A DNA stretch of 64,000 nucleotides from an uncultured Gemmatimonadaceae bacterium. GTDB lineage: Bacteria > Gemmatimonadota > Gemmatimonadetes > Gemmatimonadales > Gemmatimonadaceae. The DNA lies in contig CAVXGK010000002.1 of the NCBI GenBank assembly GCA_963761305.1, positions 3,328,001 through 3,392,000 on the forward strand, read 5' to 3'. Shown piece after piece: positions 1-9,384 of the stretch. Both the position numbers and the translations under genes were made by a program. The notes under the pieces were generated by a model that saw nothing but the letters and a program-made list of their open reading frames with translations, searched no databases and was not told the DNA's origin. Numbering within the stretch: position 1 is the first letter of the stretch; each line of letters starts with the position of its first letter.

Positions 1-438
1 GTCGTCTCCAACAACGACAAGGCGATCGAGACGATGCCGCGTCTGTCCCCCGACGGCCGGTGGGTCGCGTTCATCACCGATGAGTCGGGACGCAACGAGG
101 TCGTCGTCCAACCGTTTCCCGGGCCAGGCGGTCGCGTACAAGTGTCGGCGGGAGGAGGTACAGAGCCGGTGTGGTCACGCGACGGTCGACGCCTGTTCTA
201 CCGCGGCGACGGTCATCTGATGGCGGCGCGACTGGCACCGGGAGAGGCGTTCGCAGTTGTCGCGCGGGACACGCTGTTCGCCGACACGTACCAGTTCGCG
301 GCGAATCCGCACGCGAATTACGATGTGATGGCGGACGGCGTGCACTTCATCTTTCTGAAAGCGGCGAGCGAAGGCAGCATGATCGTCGTCGCGAATTGGA
401 AGGCGGTGGTGCAGTCGCGCATGGCGGCCAGCCGATGA
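1..438 (+). CDS. C-terminal PD40/TolB-like beta-propeller, probably of a Ser/Thr kinase (5'-truncated by the window edge)
   Basis: PRLSPDGRWVAFITDESGRNEV...EPVWSRDG...NYDV motifs match the tails of the two downstream kinases. Confidence 0.8.
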   Translation, partial: VVSNNDKAIETMPRLSPDGRWVAFITDESGRNEVVVQPFPGPGGRVQVSAGGGTEPVWSRDGRRLFYRGDGHLMAARLAPGEAFAVVARDTLFADTYQFAANPHANYDVMADGVHFIFLKAASEGSMIVVANWKAVVQSRMAASR

Positions 439-1856
439 CCGCTCCGCTTCGCGATCCGAGACCGGCCAAGGACGATCCCACGATCGCCGCGCGGCTCCGC
501 GCCCACCGGACACTGTCGGCGGCACCGCAGGCGGAGCTCGATTGGTTGATCGAACGCGGCACGCTCGGCCACTGGTTGCCCGGCGACCAAGTGGTGATCA
601 AGGGCGAGCCCGTGAACTTGCTCTTCTTCGTTCTCACGGGGCGCCTGTCCGCTCTGGCCAACATCGGCGGTACGTGGCGCAAGGTGATGGACTGGCGTGA
701 CGGCGACGCCACGGGAATGTACCCGTACTCCCGGGTCTCGATCTCGTCGGGAGGCTCCGCGGTCGACGAGCGGACCGAAGTGATGTCCATCGACCGCGCG
801 AACGTGGATCAGATGCCTGTGGTGTGTCCGCACGTGACCGCAGCGCTCGTGCACTTGATGATCGACCGCGCGCGCACGTTCAAAGCGAGCGATCTCGAGG
901 GCGAGAAGGTGGCCTCGTTGGGGCGCGTCGCCGCCGGTCTCGCCCATGAACTGAACAATCCGGCGTCGGCCGCGACGCGCGGGGCGAAGCTCTTTGGCGA
1001 TGCGATTGCCGACGCCGAGGGCGCGGCCCACGCCGTCGGCACGGCACGGTTCACCGAGTCCGAGCTGGCGGCTCTCGAGCGTGCGCGCGCGAGCTGCGTC
1101 CAGATTCACGCGGCGAACTCCGCCTCGCCGCTCGATCGCGCCGATCGAGAAGAGACGATCGCCGATTGGCTCGCGCAGCACGACATCGACGACCGCGGCG
1201 CCGGGACACTCGCCGAGACGGCCGTGACCACCGCGACGCTCGACGACTTGGCGCGGGTGCTCTCGAGCGACAAGCTTGGCGCCGCGGTACGGCTGATGGT
1301 GACGGGCTGCTACGCGCGCGGGTTGGCCCGCGACGTCGAGCGCGCGTCGGGACGCGTGCACGAATTGGTGAGCGCCGTGAAGCGGATGTCGTACATGGAT
1401 CGCGCGGCGACGCCGGAGCCGGTGGACTTGCGTCAGGGACTCGCCGACACGTCCGCGATATTGGCGCACAAGGCGCGGACGAAGTCGGCGTCGCTGACCG
1501 TGGACGCGCCGGACGACCTCGCGCCCGCACTCGGCATCGGCGGCGAGCTGAATCAGGTGTGGATGAACCTGATCGACAACGCGCTTGATGCAGTGGGCGA
1601 CGGCGGCCGCGTCACGGTGAGCGCGCGCGCCGAAGGTCCGAGTGTCGTCGTGCGGGTGACCGACGACGGCCCGGGAATCCCCGACGACATCAAGCGCCGC
1701 ATCTTCGATCCGTTCTTCACGACTAAGCCCGTGGGGCAGGGCACTGGCATGGGGCTCGATATCGCCCGCCGGCTGGTCGAGTCGAACAATGGACGCCTCG
1801 ATTTCGAGTCTCGGCCAGGCAACACCGAATTCAGGGTCGCGCTCCCGGTTACCTAG
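435..1856 (+). CDS. Sensor histidine kinase with N-terminal cyclic-nucleotide-binding domain
   Basis: H-box AAGLAHELNNPASA, N-box NQVWMNLIDNALDA, G1 DDGPGIP, F-box IFDPFFTTK, G2 GTGMGL; ATG at 435 overlaps the upstream stop (ATGA). Confidence 0.9.
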   Translation: MTAPLRDPRPAKDDPTIAARLRAHRTLSAAPQAELDWLIERGTLGHWLPGDQVVIKGEPVNLLFFVLTGRLSALANIGGTWRKVMDWRDGDATGMYPYSRVSISSGGSAVDERTEVMSIDRANVDQMPVVCPHVTAALVHLMIDRARTFKASDLEGEKVASLGRVAAGLAHELNNPASAATRGAKLFGDAIADAEGAAHAVGTARFTESELAALERARASCVQIHAANSASPLDRADREETIADWLAQHDIDDRGAGTLAETAVTTATLDDLARVLSSDKLGAAVRLMVTGCYARGLARDVERASGRVHELVSAVKRMSYMDRAATPEPVDLRQGLADTSAILAHKARTKSASLTVDAPDDLAPALGIGGELNQVWMNLIDNALDAVGDGGRVTVSARAEGPSVVVRVTDDGPGIPDDIKRRIFDPFFTTKPVGQGTGMGLDIARRLVESNNGRLDFESRPGNTEFRVALPVT

Positions 1857-1943
1857 CGCGCACGCCGTTGCCGCCATTCCCGTGCGCCCTCATATTCGCG
1901 TTTCCCCCTCTTCGCCGACGCCGGCGCCTTCCAGCAGAATCTC

Positions 1944-4670
1944 ATGTCCGATCCAGGCTCCGGCCTCGCCGATCGCTATCGCATAGATCGCGAGATCGGC
2001 CGCGGCGGGATGGCGAGCGTGTTTCTCGCCCACGACATCCGCCACGATCGCGACGTCGCGATCAAGGTGCTGCATCCCGATCTCGCCGCCGCACTCGGCG
2101 GCGACCGTTTTCTGGCCGAGATCAAGACCACCGCGCGCCTTCAGCATCCGCACATTCTCCCGCTGCTCGACTCGGGCACGGCGCGCGCTGAAGAAAATGA
2201 CGAGTTTGCCGCGTTCGTCGGCGCCGGATCGTCCTTGTATTACGTCATGCCGTACGTCGCCGGTGAGACGTTGCGCGCTCGGCTCGACCGCGAACGTCAG
2301 CTTCCGATCGACGACGCGCTGCGCATCGCGCGCGAGGTCGCCGACGCCCTCGAGTATGCGCATCGACTCGGCGTGATTCATCGCGACATCAAGCCCGAGA
2401 ACATTCTGCTCCAGGGTGGTCACGCGCTCGTCGCCGACTTCGGCATCGCGCTCGCCGTGCAGACGGCCGGTGGCGCTCGCATGACGCAGACGGGTCTTTC
2501 ACTCGGCACGCCGCAGTACATGTCGCCCGAGCAGGCGATGGGCGAGCGCACGATCGACGCGCGGAGCGATATCTACGCGCTGGGTGCCGTCACTTACGAG
2601 ATGCTCGCCGGCGATCCACCGTTCACCGGCTCGAGCGTGCAGGCGATCGTCGCGAAGGTGATCAGCGAGAAGCCGACGTCACTGCGAACGCTGCGCGACA
2701 CCGTGCCGTTGCCCGTGGAGCACGCGGTGCTCACCGCGCTGGCGAAGCTGCCTGCCGATCGGTTTGCGACGGCCGCCGAGTTCGCGACGGCACTCACGTC
2801 GCCGACGGCCGAGCGCGCGGGGTGGTCGAGTGCGGCGCCGGCGCGAAGGTCGCCTGCTGTCGCGCCGCTCGCCGCCGCGCTCATCGTTGCGGTCGCGCTC
2901 GCGGCGTGGGGTTGGTTCCGGCCCGCGGCACAAGCCGCGCCCGTCACGCGCGTTGCGGTAGCGCTGCCGGCGGGCCAGGCGATCGAGCCGCAGTATTGGG
3001 GATTCAGCTTCGATCTCTCGCCAGACGGAAAACGACTCGCCTACGTCGGTCCGGGACCGACGAAGGGAACGAGCCAAGTCTGGATTCGTCCGTTGGACGC
3101 GCTCGACGCGACGGCCGTCGCGGGTACGACGGGCGCCATTGGTGTGCAGTGGTCGCCGGACATGCAGTCGCTCCTAGTGATGACCTCGCGACCCAACAGC
3201 CGCGTCGTGTCCGTGAACGGTGGACCGGTCGTTTCGTTACCCAACATCTGGGACGCGAGTTGGGGCCCGGATGGCCGGATCTACTCGGACTCGAAGGACG
3301 CCAACATTGTCCGACGAACGGTCGGTGGAGCGGTGGACACGCTGTTCCGTGGCGACACCGGCTTCATTCTTGGCCATCCTAGCGCGTTGCCGAACGGCAC
3401 CGGCGCGCTGTTCGCGCGCGTGACGAAGCATCAGGACGAGGCGTCGCGAAGCGAGATCGTCGGCGTCTCGTTCGCAACCGGAGAGACCACGGTGGTCGGT
3501 CTGGGGGTGTGGGCGCGCGTCCTCAAATCCGGGACGTTGGTCTACGCATCCGCCGAAGGCACGATGTTCACCGCGCGGTTCGATCAATCGTCATTCAAGG
3601 TCACTGGACCCGCGGTGCCGTTCGCGCACGTCGCGATGGGCGCCAACGCCGGGCGGTCGTACCCGGCGATCAGCGTGGCGGACGAGGGAACGTTCGTCTA
3701 TCTCGCCGGCAACCTGCAGCGCCAGCGCATCGCGTGGCTCGACCCGGCCGGGCGCCTCGTGAGTCGCCTGCCCATTGAGGGTGACGTCTGGGGCCTCGCG
3801 CTCTCGCCGGACGCCACGCGGCTCGCGTACACGCTGCGCGCCGACACCCGCGACCCTCGAGCCGCCGCGCGTGGCACCGGCGACGCCTGGGTCATGGACC
3901 TCAAGACCGGCGCGACCACTCGTCTTACGAGCGAGTGGTTCAGCCCACGGCCCAGCTGGTCGCCGGATGGCAAGTCGGTCCTGTACACGCGCGTCGGCGG
4001 CCCCGAGAACCAGGGACTCTACGAGCGCCCAGCCGATGCGTCCGACCCCGAGCGTCTGGTACTTTCGATGAAACAGTTCGGGCACTCCGTCGGCGACGGG
4101 CGCTGGCTGCCGGATCACAAGACACTCATCGTGCGCACCTATCTCGACGACGTGTGTGTAAAGTGCGGAGGCGCCGCGCCGGCGAGCTTGTCGAACCTCT
4201 ACTCGGCCACCGAAGGCGGCGCCGGCCAGCCGTTCGTCGTCAACTCGGCGACCAAGAGCGTGGCGGAGCCGTCGCCGGATGGAGCGCTCATCGCCTATCT
4301 GTCCGACGAAACCGGCATTGACGAGCTGTACGTGCAGCGCTTTCCGGGCGGCGGCGAGCGGCTGCTCGTCTCCAAGGGAGGCGGCTCGCCCGCGCGGTGG
4401 TCCCGCGATGGGCGCGCCCTGTGGTTCTTCGATCAACGTGGGATGCTGATGGTGGCGTCGATCGCGTCGCGGCCGACGTTGGCGGTGACGGCAATGCGGG
4501 AAATTCGAACCGACGTCACCCCGGTCGGCGCGCGCGGTGGCCGCGCGAACTACACGTTCGACGTCGCACCGGACGGAAGAATCATCGTCACGGAGGACGT
4601 CGAGCGAGCCTTCGATCTCGTGCTGGTGCGCAACGGAATGATCGACGTGGGGAAGGCGGCGATCAAATGA
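1944..4670 (+). CDS. Ser/Thr protein kinase with TM segment and PD40 beta-propeller
   Basis: GRGGMASV, VAIKVL, HRDIKPEN, DFGIA, GTPQYMSPEQ; hydrophobic segment; repeated SPDG/WSPD motifs. Confidence 0.95.
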   Translation: MSDPGSGLADRYRIDREIGRGGMASVFLAHDIRHDRDVAIKVLHPDLAAALGGDRFLAEIKTTARLQHPHILPLLDSGTARAEENDEFAAFVGAGSSLYYVMPYVAGETLRARLDRERQLPIDDALRIAREVADALEYAHRLGVIHRDIKPENILLQGGHALVADFGIALAVQTAGGARMTQTGLSLGTPQYMSPEQAMGERTIDARSDIYALGAVTYEMLAGDPPFTGSSVQAIVAKVISEKPTSLRTLRDTVPLPVEHAVLTALAKLPADRFATAAEFATALTSPTAERAGWSSAAPARRSPAVAPLAAALIVAVALAAWGWFRPAAQAAPVTRVAVALPAGQAIEPQYWGFSFDLSPDGKRLAYVGPGPTKGTSQVWIRPLDALDATAVAGTTGAIGVQWSPDMQSLLVMTSRPNSRVVSVNGGPVVSLPNIWDASWGPDGRIYSDSKDANIVRRTVGGAVDTLFRGDTGFILGHPSALPNGTGALFARVTKHQDEASRSEIVGVSFATGETTVVGLGVWARVLKSGTLVYASAEGTMFTARFDQSSFKVTGPAVPFAHVAMGANAGRSYPAISVADEGTFVYLAGNLQRQRIAWLDPAGRLVSRLPIEGDVWGLALSPDATRLAYTLRADTRDPRAAARGTGDAWVMDLKTGATTRLTSEWFSPRPSWSPDGKSVLYTRVGGPENQGLYERPADASDPERLVLSMKQFGHSVGDGRWLPDHKTLIVRTYLDDVCVKCGGAAPASLSNLYSATEGGAGQPFVVNSATKSVAEPSPDGALIAYLSDETGIDELYVQRFPGGGERLLVSKGGGSPARWSRDGRALWFFDQRGMLMVASIASRPTLAVTAMREIRTDVTPVGARGGRANYTFDVAPDGRIIVTEDVERAFDLVLVRNGMIDVGKAAIK

Positions 4671-7288
4671 CCATCGCTCCGTTCTCGGCGGCCCTGGCGG
4701 ACCGCTATCGCATCGAGCGAGAGCTGGGGAGCGGCGGCATGGCGACCGTCTACCTGGCCCACGATCTCAAACACGACCGCGACGTCGCGATCAAAGTCCT
4801 GCATCCGGACCTTGGCGCCGCGCTCGGCGCCGAGCGATTCCTGAGCGAGATCAAGACGACCGCGAAACTGCAACATCCACACATTCTGCCGCTGCTCGAC
4901 TCGGGCGACGCCGGTGGACTGTTGTACTACGTCATGCCGCTCGCCAGCGGCGAGACGCTGCACGACCGTCTCACACGCGAGCGGCAGCTTCCGATCGACG
5001 ACGCGCTACGCATCGCGCGCGAAGTCGCTGACGCGCTCGGTGCCGCGCACGCCCTGGGGATCGTGCATCGCGACATCAAGCCTGAGAACATCCTGCTGCA
5101 GAGCGGACACGCGCTCGTCGCCGACTTCGGCATCGCGCTCGCCGTGCAGACGGCCAGCGGCGCGCGCATGACGCAGACGGGCCTCTCACTCGGCACGCCG
5201 CAATACATGTCGCCCGAGCAGGCGATGGGCGAACGCGCGATCGACGCGCGGAGCGACATCTATTCGCTCGGCGCCGTGACGTACGAGATGCTCACCGGCG
5301 ATCCGCCGTTCAGCGGATCGAGCGTGCAGGCGATCGTCGCGAAAGTGTTGACCGAGAAGCCCACGCCGCCGAGCGTCGTGCGCGACACAGTTGGTGCGGG
5401 CGTGGAGTACGCGGTGCTCAAGAGTCTCGCGAAACTTCCGGCCGATCGATACGCGAGCGCCGCCGAGTTTTCCGCGGCGCTCGCCGATCGTGGGGCGCCG
5501 GCGTCGTTCGGTGCAGCGGTCGACCACCGCGCGAAGCGTGCATGGTGGCAACAGCCCGCGTTCGTCGGACTTGCTCTCGTGGCCATTTCACTGGCCGTGA
5601 GCGCGGCGATGCTCGCGCGACGAGGGAGCGACGACGCGTTTCCGGTGCGGTTCGAGCTCTCGTCCGACGCGCAGAACCCAGTCGGCGAGGGCGTGCTCAC
5701 GCGCGACGGTCACATGCTCGTCTACGTCGGCCAATCGGCGAATGTGCGCGCGCTGTTCATTCACCGTCTCGATCAACTGGAGTCGAGAGAGATTTCCGGC
5801 ACCGACGGCCTCGTGCCCTTCGGAGCGCCCGCCCTTTCGCCCGACGCGAAGTGGGTCGCGTTCATTGCGAATCGACGCAAGTTGATGAAGGTGCCGATCG
5901 ACGGAGGCACGCCGACCCCGCTCGTCGACGTCGCCGATTATGGCGGCGTCGACTGGGCGCCGGACGGCGACATCGTGTTCGGCCCCGGTGTTTTGGAAGG
6001 CGGCGGAGGTCTCTTGCGCGTGAAATCGGCGGGCGGCCCGGTCGCGCCACTGACGAAGGTAGATCCTGCGCAAAAGGAGCTGAGCCATCAGTGGCCGCAG
6101 GTTCTCGCGGATGGCAAGACCGTGCTGTTCACGATCTGGTTTGGGACGCCAGAACAGGCGAAGCTCGCGGCGGTGTCGCTCGACGACGGCAAGGTGACGC
6201 GGCTCGGCATCACCGGCGGGAAAGCGCTCGGCGTCGTCGACGGCCAGCTCGTGTTTCTGAACGCCGATGGTGGCATCATGGCGATACCGTTCGATGTGAG
6301 CGCGTTGCGTGCGACTGGCAGCGCGATTCCCGTCGAAGGTCCCGTCCGCAACGAGAGCGCTGGCGCGGGCGGCGCCTTCCTCGGCCTCGATGGGAGCCTC
6401 GTTTTCTTGCACGGCGCCTCCAACCGGCGGCTCGTTTGGGTCGATCGAAGCGGCGTAGCGAAACCGGCGGTCGACGCGCAACGCGAGTTTCAGTTCGCGC
6501 GCCTGTCGCCGGACGGACGACGCGTTGCCGCGACGATTTCCACCGGAACGAAGACGGACCTCTGGACGATCGATCTCGCCGCCGGGACGCTCACGCCGCT
6601 GACCACGACGGGGCGGGTGAGAAACCCGGTGTGGTCGCCCGACGGTCGTCGCGTGCTGTACGCCTCGACGCACGGCGGTCGCGCGGCCTTTTGGTGGCAG
6701 CCGGCGGACGGCAGCGGTCCGCCGGTGCTGGCGGCCGAGCCGCCGCACAACCCGTGGAACATCGATCTGTCGCCTGACGGACGCACCGTCATCGACAACT
6801 CGCTCTACAACGGCTCGTTCAATCTCGAAGCCATCTCACTCGACTCGACGCACGCGACGCGCGAGCTCGCCGCCTCGCCCACGGCGACCGAGGGGCGCGG
6901 CTGGTTTTCTCCCGACGGGCGGTGGATCGCCTACAACTCCGACGAGTCGGGGCAAGTCGAGGTCTACGTTCGACCGTTCGCCGACTCCGGCGGCCGCGTG
7001 CAGATCTCGACCGGCGGCGGCGTGCATCCCGTGTGGTCGCCGGACGGGGATCACGTCTACTATTGGCAAGCCAGCCGCTTGATATCGGCGACGCTGGCTC
7101 GCGCACCCTCACTGCATGTCGTGTCGCGAGAGCAGCTCTTCGAGGGACGCTACCGGCCGGAGTTCGACATCTCGCACGACGGAACGCGGTTCTTGATGAT
7201 CGAGTCGCAGAGCTCTGGGCTCAAGCTCGTGGTGATTCCGAATTGGGGGACCGAGCTTCGTCGACTGACGACCAAGGGCGCACAGTAA
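4667..7288 (+). CDS. Ser/Thr protein kinase with TM segment and PD40 beta-propeller
   Basis: Same kinase motifs; ATG at 4667 overlaps the upstream TGA; SPDG repeats. Confidence 0.95.
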   Translation: MTIAPFSAALADRYRIERELGSGGMATVYLAHDLKHDRDVAIKVLHPDLGAALGAERFLSEIKTTAKLQHPHILPLLDSGDAGGLLYYVMPLASGETLHDRLTRERQLPIDDALRIAREVADALGAAHALGIVHRDIKPENILLQSGHALVADFGIALAVQTASGARMTQTGLSLGTPQYMSPEQAMGERAIDARSDIYSLGAVTYEMLTGDPPFSGSSVQAIVAKVLTEKPTPPSVVRDTVGAGVEYAVLKSLAKLPADRYASAAEFSAALADRGAPASFGAAVDHRAKRAWWQQPAFVGLALVAISLAVSAAMLARRGSDDAFPVRFELSSDAQNPVGEGVLTRDGHMLVYVGQSANVRALFIHRLDQLESREISGTDGLVPFGAPALSPDAKWVAFIANRRKLMKVPIDGGTPTPLVDVADYGGVDWAPDGDIVFGPGVLEGGGGLLRVKSAGGPVAPLTKVDPAQKELSHQWPQVLADGKTVLFTIWFGTPEQAKLAAVSLDDGKVTRLGITGGKALGVVDGQLVFLNADGGIMAIPFDVSALRATGSAIPVEGPVRNESAGAGGAFLGLDGSLVFLHGASNRRLVWVDRSGVAKPAVDAQREFQFARLSPDGRRVAATISTGTKTDLWTIDLAAGTLTPLTTTGRVRNPVWSPDGRRVLYASTHGGRAAFWWQPADGSGPPVLAAEPPHNPWNIDLSPDGRTVIDNSLYNGSFNLEAISLDSTHATRELAASPTATEGRGWFSPDGRWIAYNSDESGQVEVYVRPFADSGGRVQISTGGGVHPVWSPDGDHVYYWQASRLISATLARAPSLHVVSREQLFEGRYRPEFDISHDGTRFLMIESQSSGLKLVVIPNWGTELRRLTTKGAQ

Positions 7289-7305
7289 GAATCGCCCGCG
7301 CGCGA

Positions 7306-8481
7306 TTACGGCTTCGTGAGCGAGATCGTGCCCGACGCGGGCGGTCCGGACGTGAACGTGACCGTGAAGTTGAGCTGCGGCGCGGTCGAGCCGAACGTCG
7401 TGTTCGTCCACCTGCCGTTGTACGTCCCCGCGTACGGCGCCGCGTTGAATGTCGCGGTTGCCGTGCCCGTGGCCGTGAAGGTCACTGTGACCGACGATGC
7501 TGTCGCGTCGAGCATGTTGGTGCCAACCGCCGGGCCGAGCGTCCAACCACCCACCGTCGCGATGCCGTTGGCGTCCGTAGTCGACGACGCGCCGGTGACG
7601 CTGCCGCCGCCGGCCGAGACGGCGAATGTGACGGACGCGTTCGCGACGAGATTGCCGAATTGATCCGCGGCGCGCACCGTCGGTAGGATCGGCAGCGCGG
7701 TTCCAACCACGGCGGTCTGACTATCGCCGGCGACTTTCACGAGCGTCGCGACGGGGCCGGCCACGCCAAACGTCGTGAACGTCAGCGGGCTGCCGGACAA
7801 GGTGGGTGCGGTCGCCGTGAGTGTGTTCGTGCCGACGATCTGTGCGAGGGTCCAACCGCCGACGGTCGCGAGTCCGTCCACACCTGTAGTTGCTATCGGT
7901 CCGGTGACAGTGCCTCCGCCGGTCGCCACGGCGAACGTCACCGTCGCACCGCCGACCGAGTTCCCGAATGCGTCAGTGGATCTCACGGTCGGCCTCGACG
8001 CGAGCGCGACCGGAACGCCGGCAGCGCTAGTCTGCGAATCGGCGACCGCCTTCACGATCGCGGCAAGTGGTCCGGCGGACGCCGTCGCCGTGAACGTCAC
8101 CGGACCTCCCGTGGCCGAGTCCCCTGCATTGGCGTTGAGCGACTGGCCTCCCGCCACGGTGCCGAGCGTCCATGAGCCCAGGCGTGCAATGCCGTCGGCC
8201 CCGGTCGTCAGCGTTCCACCCGTCAGAGAGCCGCCGCCACTCGCGACGGTGAACGTCACCGGGACGCCCGGGTCGGGGATTCCATTCTTCGTCACGATGA
8301 CGGCGGGCGGAACGGCGACGAGTTGGTTCACCGTTCCGTTCTGCGACGTGACGCTCGACGCCGCGATGACCACAACGAAAGTCTGGGGCTCGTTGCTCCC
8401 GCCACAGCCATCGGTCGCGGCACCAATTGCCACGGCCGTCACTATAAAAACGATCCTTCCGATCCGGCGGGACATCAGCAT
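7306..8481 (-). CDS. Ig-like (Big_1/invasin-type) repeat lipoprotein
   Basis: Signal peptide ending in GC, three repeats of VTFxVxxGGGxVTG...GxATVGGWTL; AAGGAG RBS upstream of ATG 8481. Confidence 0.8.
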   Translation of the reverse strand: MLMSRRIGRIVFIVTAVAIGAATDGCGGSNEPQTFVVVIAASSVTSQNGTVNQLVAVPPAVIVTKNGIPDPGVPVTFTVASGGGSLTGGTLTTGADGIARLGSWTLGTVAGGQSLNANAGDSATGGPVTFTATASAGPLAAIVKAVADSQTSAAGVPVALASRPTVRSTDAFGNSVGGATVTFAVATGGGTVTGPIATTGVDGLATVGGWTLAQIVGTNTLTATAPTLSGSPLTFTTFGVAGPVATLVKVAGDSQTAVVGTALPILPTVRAADQFGNLVANASVTFAVSAGGGSVTGASSTTDANGIATVGGWTLGPAVGTNMLDATASSVTVTFTATGTATATFNAAPYAGTYNGRWTNTTFGSTAPQLNFTVTFTSGPPASGTISLTKP

Positions 8482-8536
8482 GCTCGGCTCCTTGCGAGGG
8501 CCGGCGCTGGTGGGAGCGCACGGGGGCGATGTCACG

Positions 8537-8803
<267 letters not shown>

Positions 8804-8805
8804 TT

Positions 8806-9381
8806 ATGGGCATGCCTGTGTCGTCGCGGCCGCAACGCCGCTATACGCTGCAAGAGTTCGAGCGTCTTCGCGACGCCGCCCAGCCGGGGCCGCGGTACGA
8901 GTTCCTCGAAGGCGAGGTTCTCGTGACGCCGTCGCCGAACTTGGTGCATCAGCGAATCGTCCTGCGTCTCGCGATGCTGATTGGGCCATTCGTCGAGGCA
9001 AACGGCTTGGGTGAGGTCGTGATCTCGCCGTTCGACGTTCGATTTGCGGACGAGACGGTGTTCCAGCCGGACCTTCTCGTCATGACCGCGGCCGACGTTC
9101 ACTCGGGCCGACGCGACGCGGCGCGCGAGCTCTCACTGGCGGCAGAGGTCATGTCGTTCGGCTCGGCCCGACACGATCGGGTGCGGAAGCGGTCGACATA
9201 CCAGCAACACCGCGTCGATGAGCTGTGGCTCGTCGACCCCGAGAGCGAATTGGTCGAGCGGTGGAGACCGGACGACGAGCGCCCCCAGATTCTCACGGAC
9301 ACACTGGCGTGGAGTCCTGCCGGCACCAGCGAGTCTCTGGCGATCGGTCTGGTCGAATTGTTCACCGAGGCGAAACGGTAG
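8806..9381 (+). CDS. Uma2 family (restriction endonuclease-like) protein
   Basis: RYEFLEGEVLVTPSP..HQ, QPDL, AEVMS, DRVRKRSTY, WLVDP. Confidence 0.9.
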   Translation: MGMPVSSRPQRRYTLQEFERLRDAAQPGPRYEFLEGEVLVTPSPNLVHQRIVLRLAMLIGPFVEANGLGEVVISPFDVRFADETVFQPDLLVMTAADVHSGRRDAARELSLAAEVMSFGSARHDRVRKRSTYQQHRVDELWLVDPESELVERWRPDDERPQILTDTLAWSPAGTSESLAIGLVELFTEAKR

Positions 9382-9384
9382 CTC

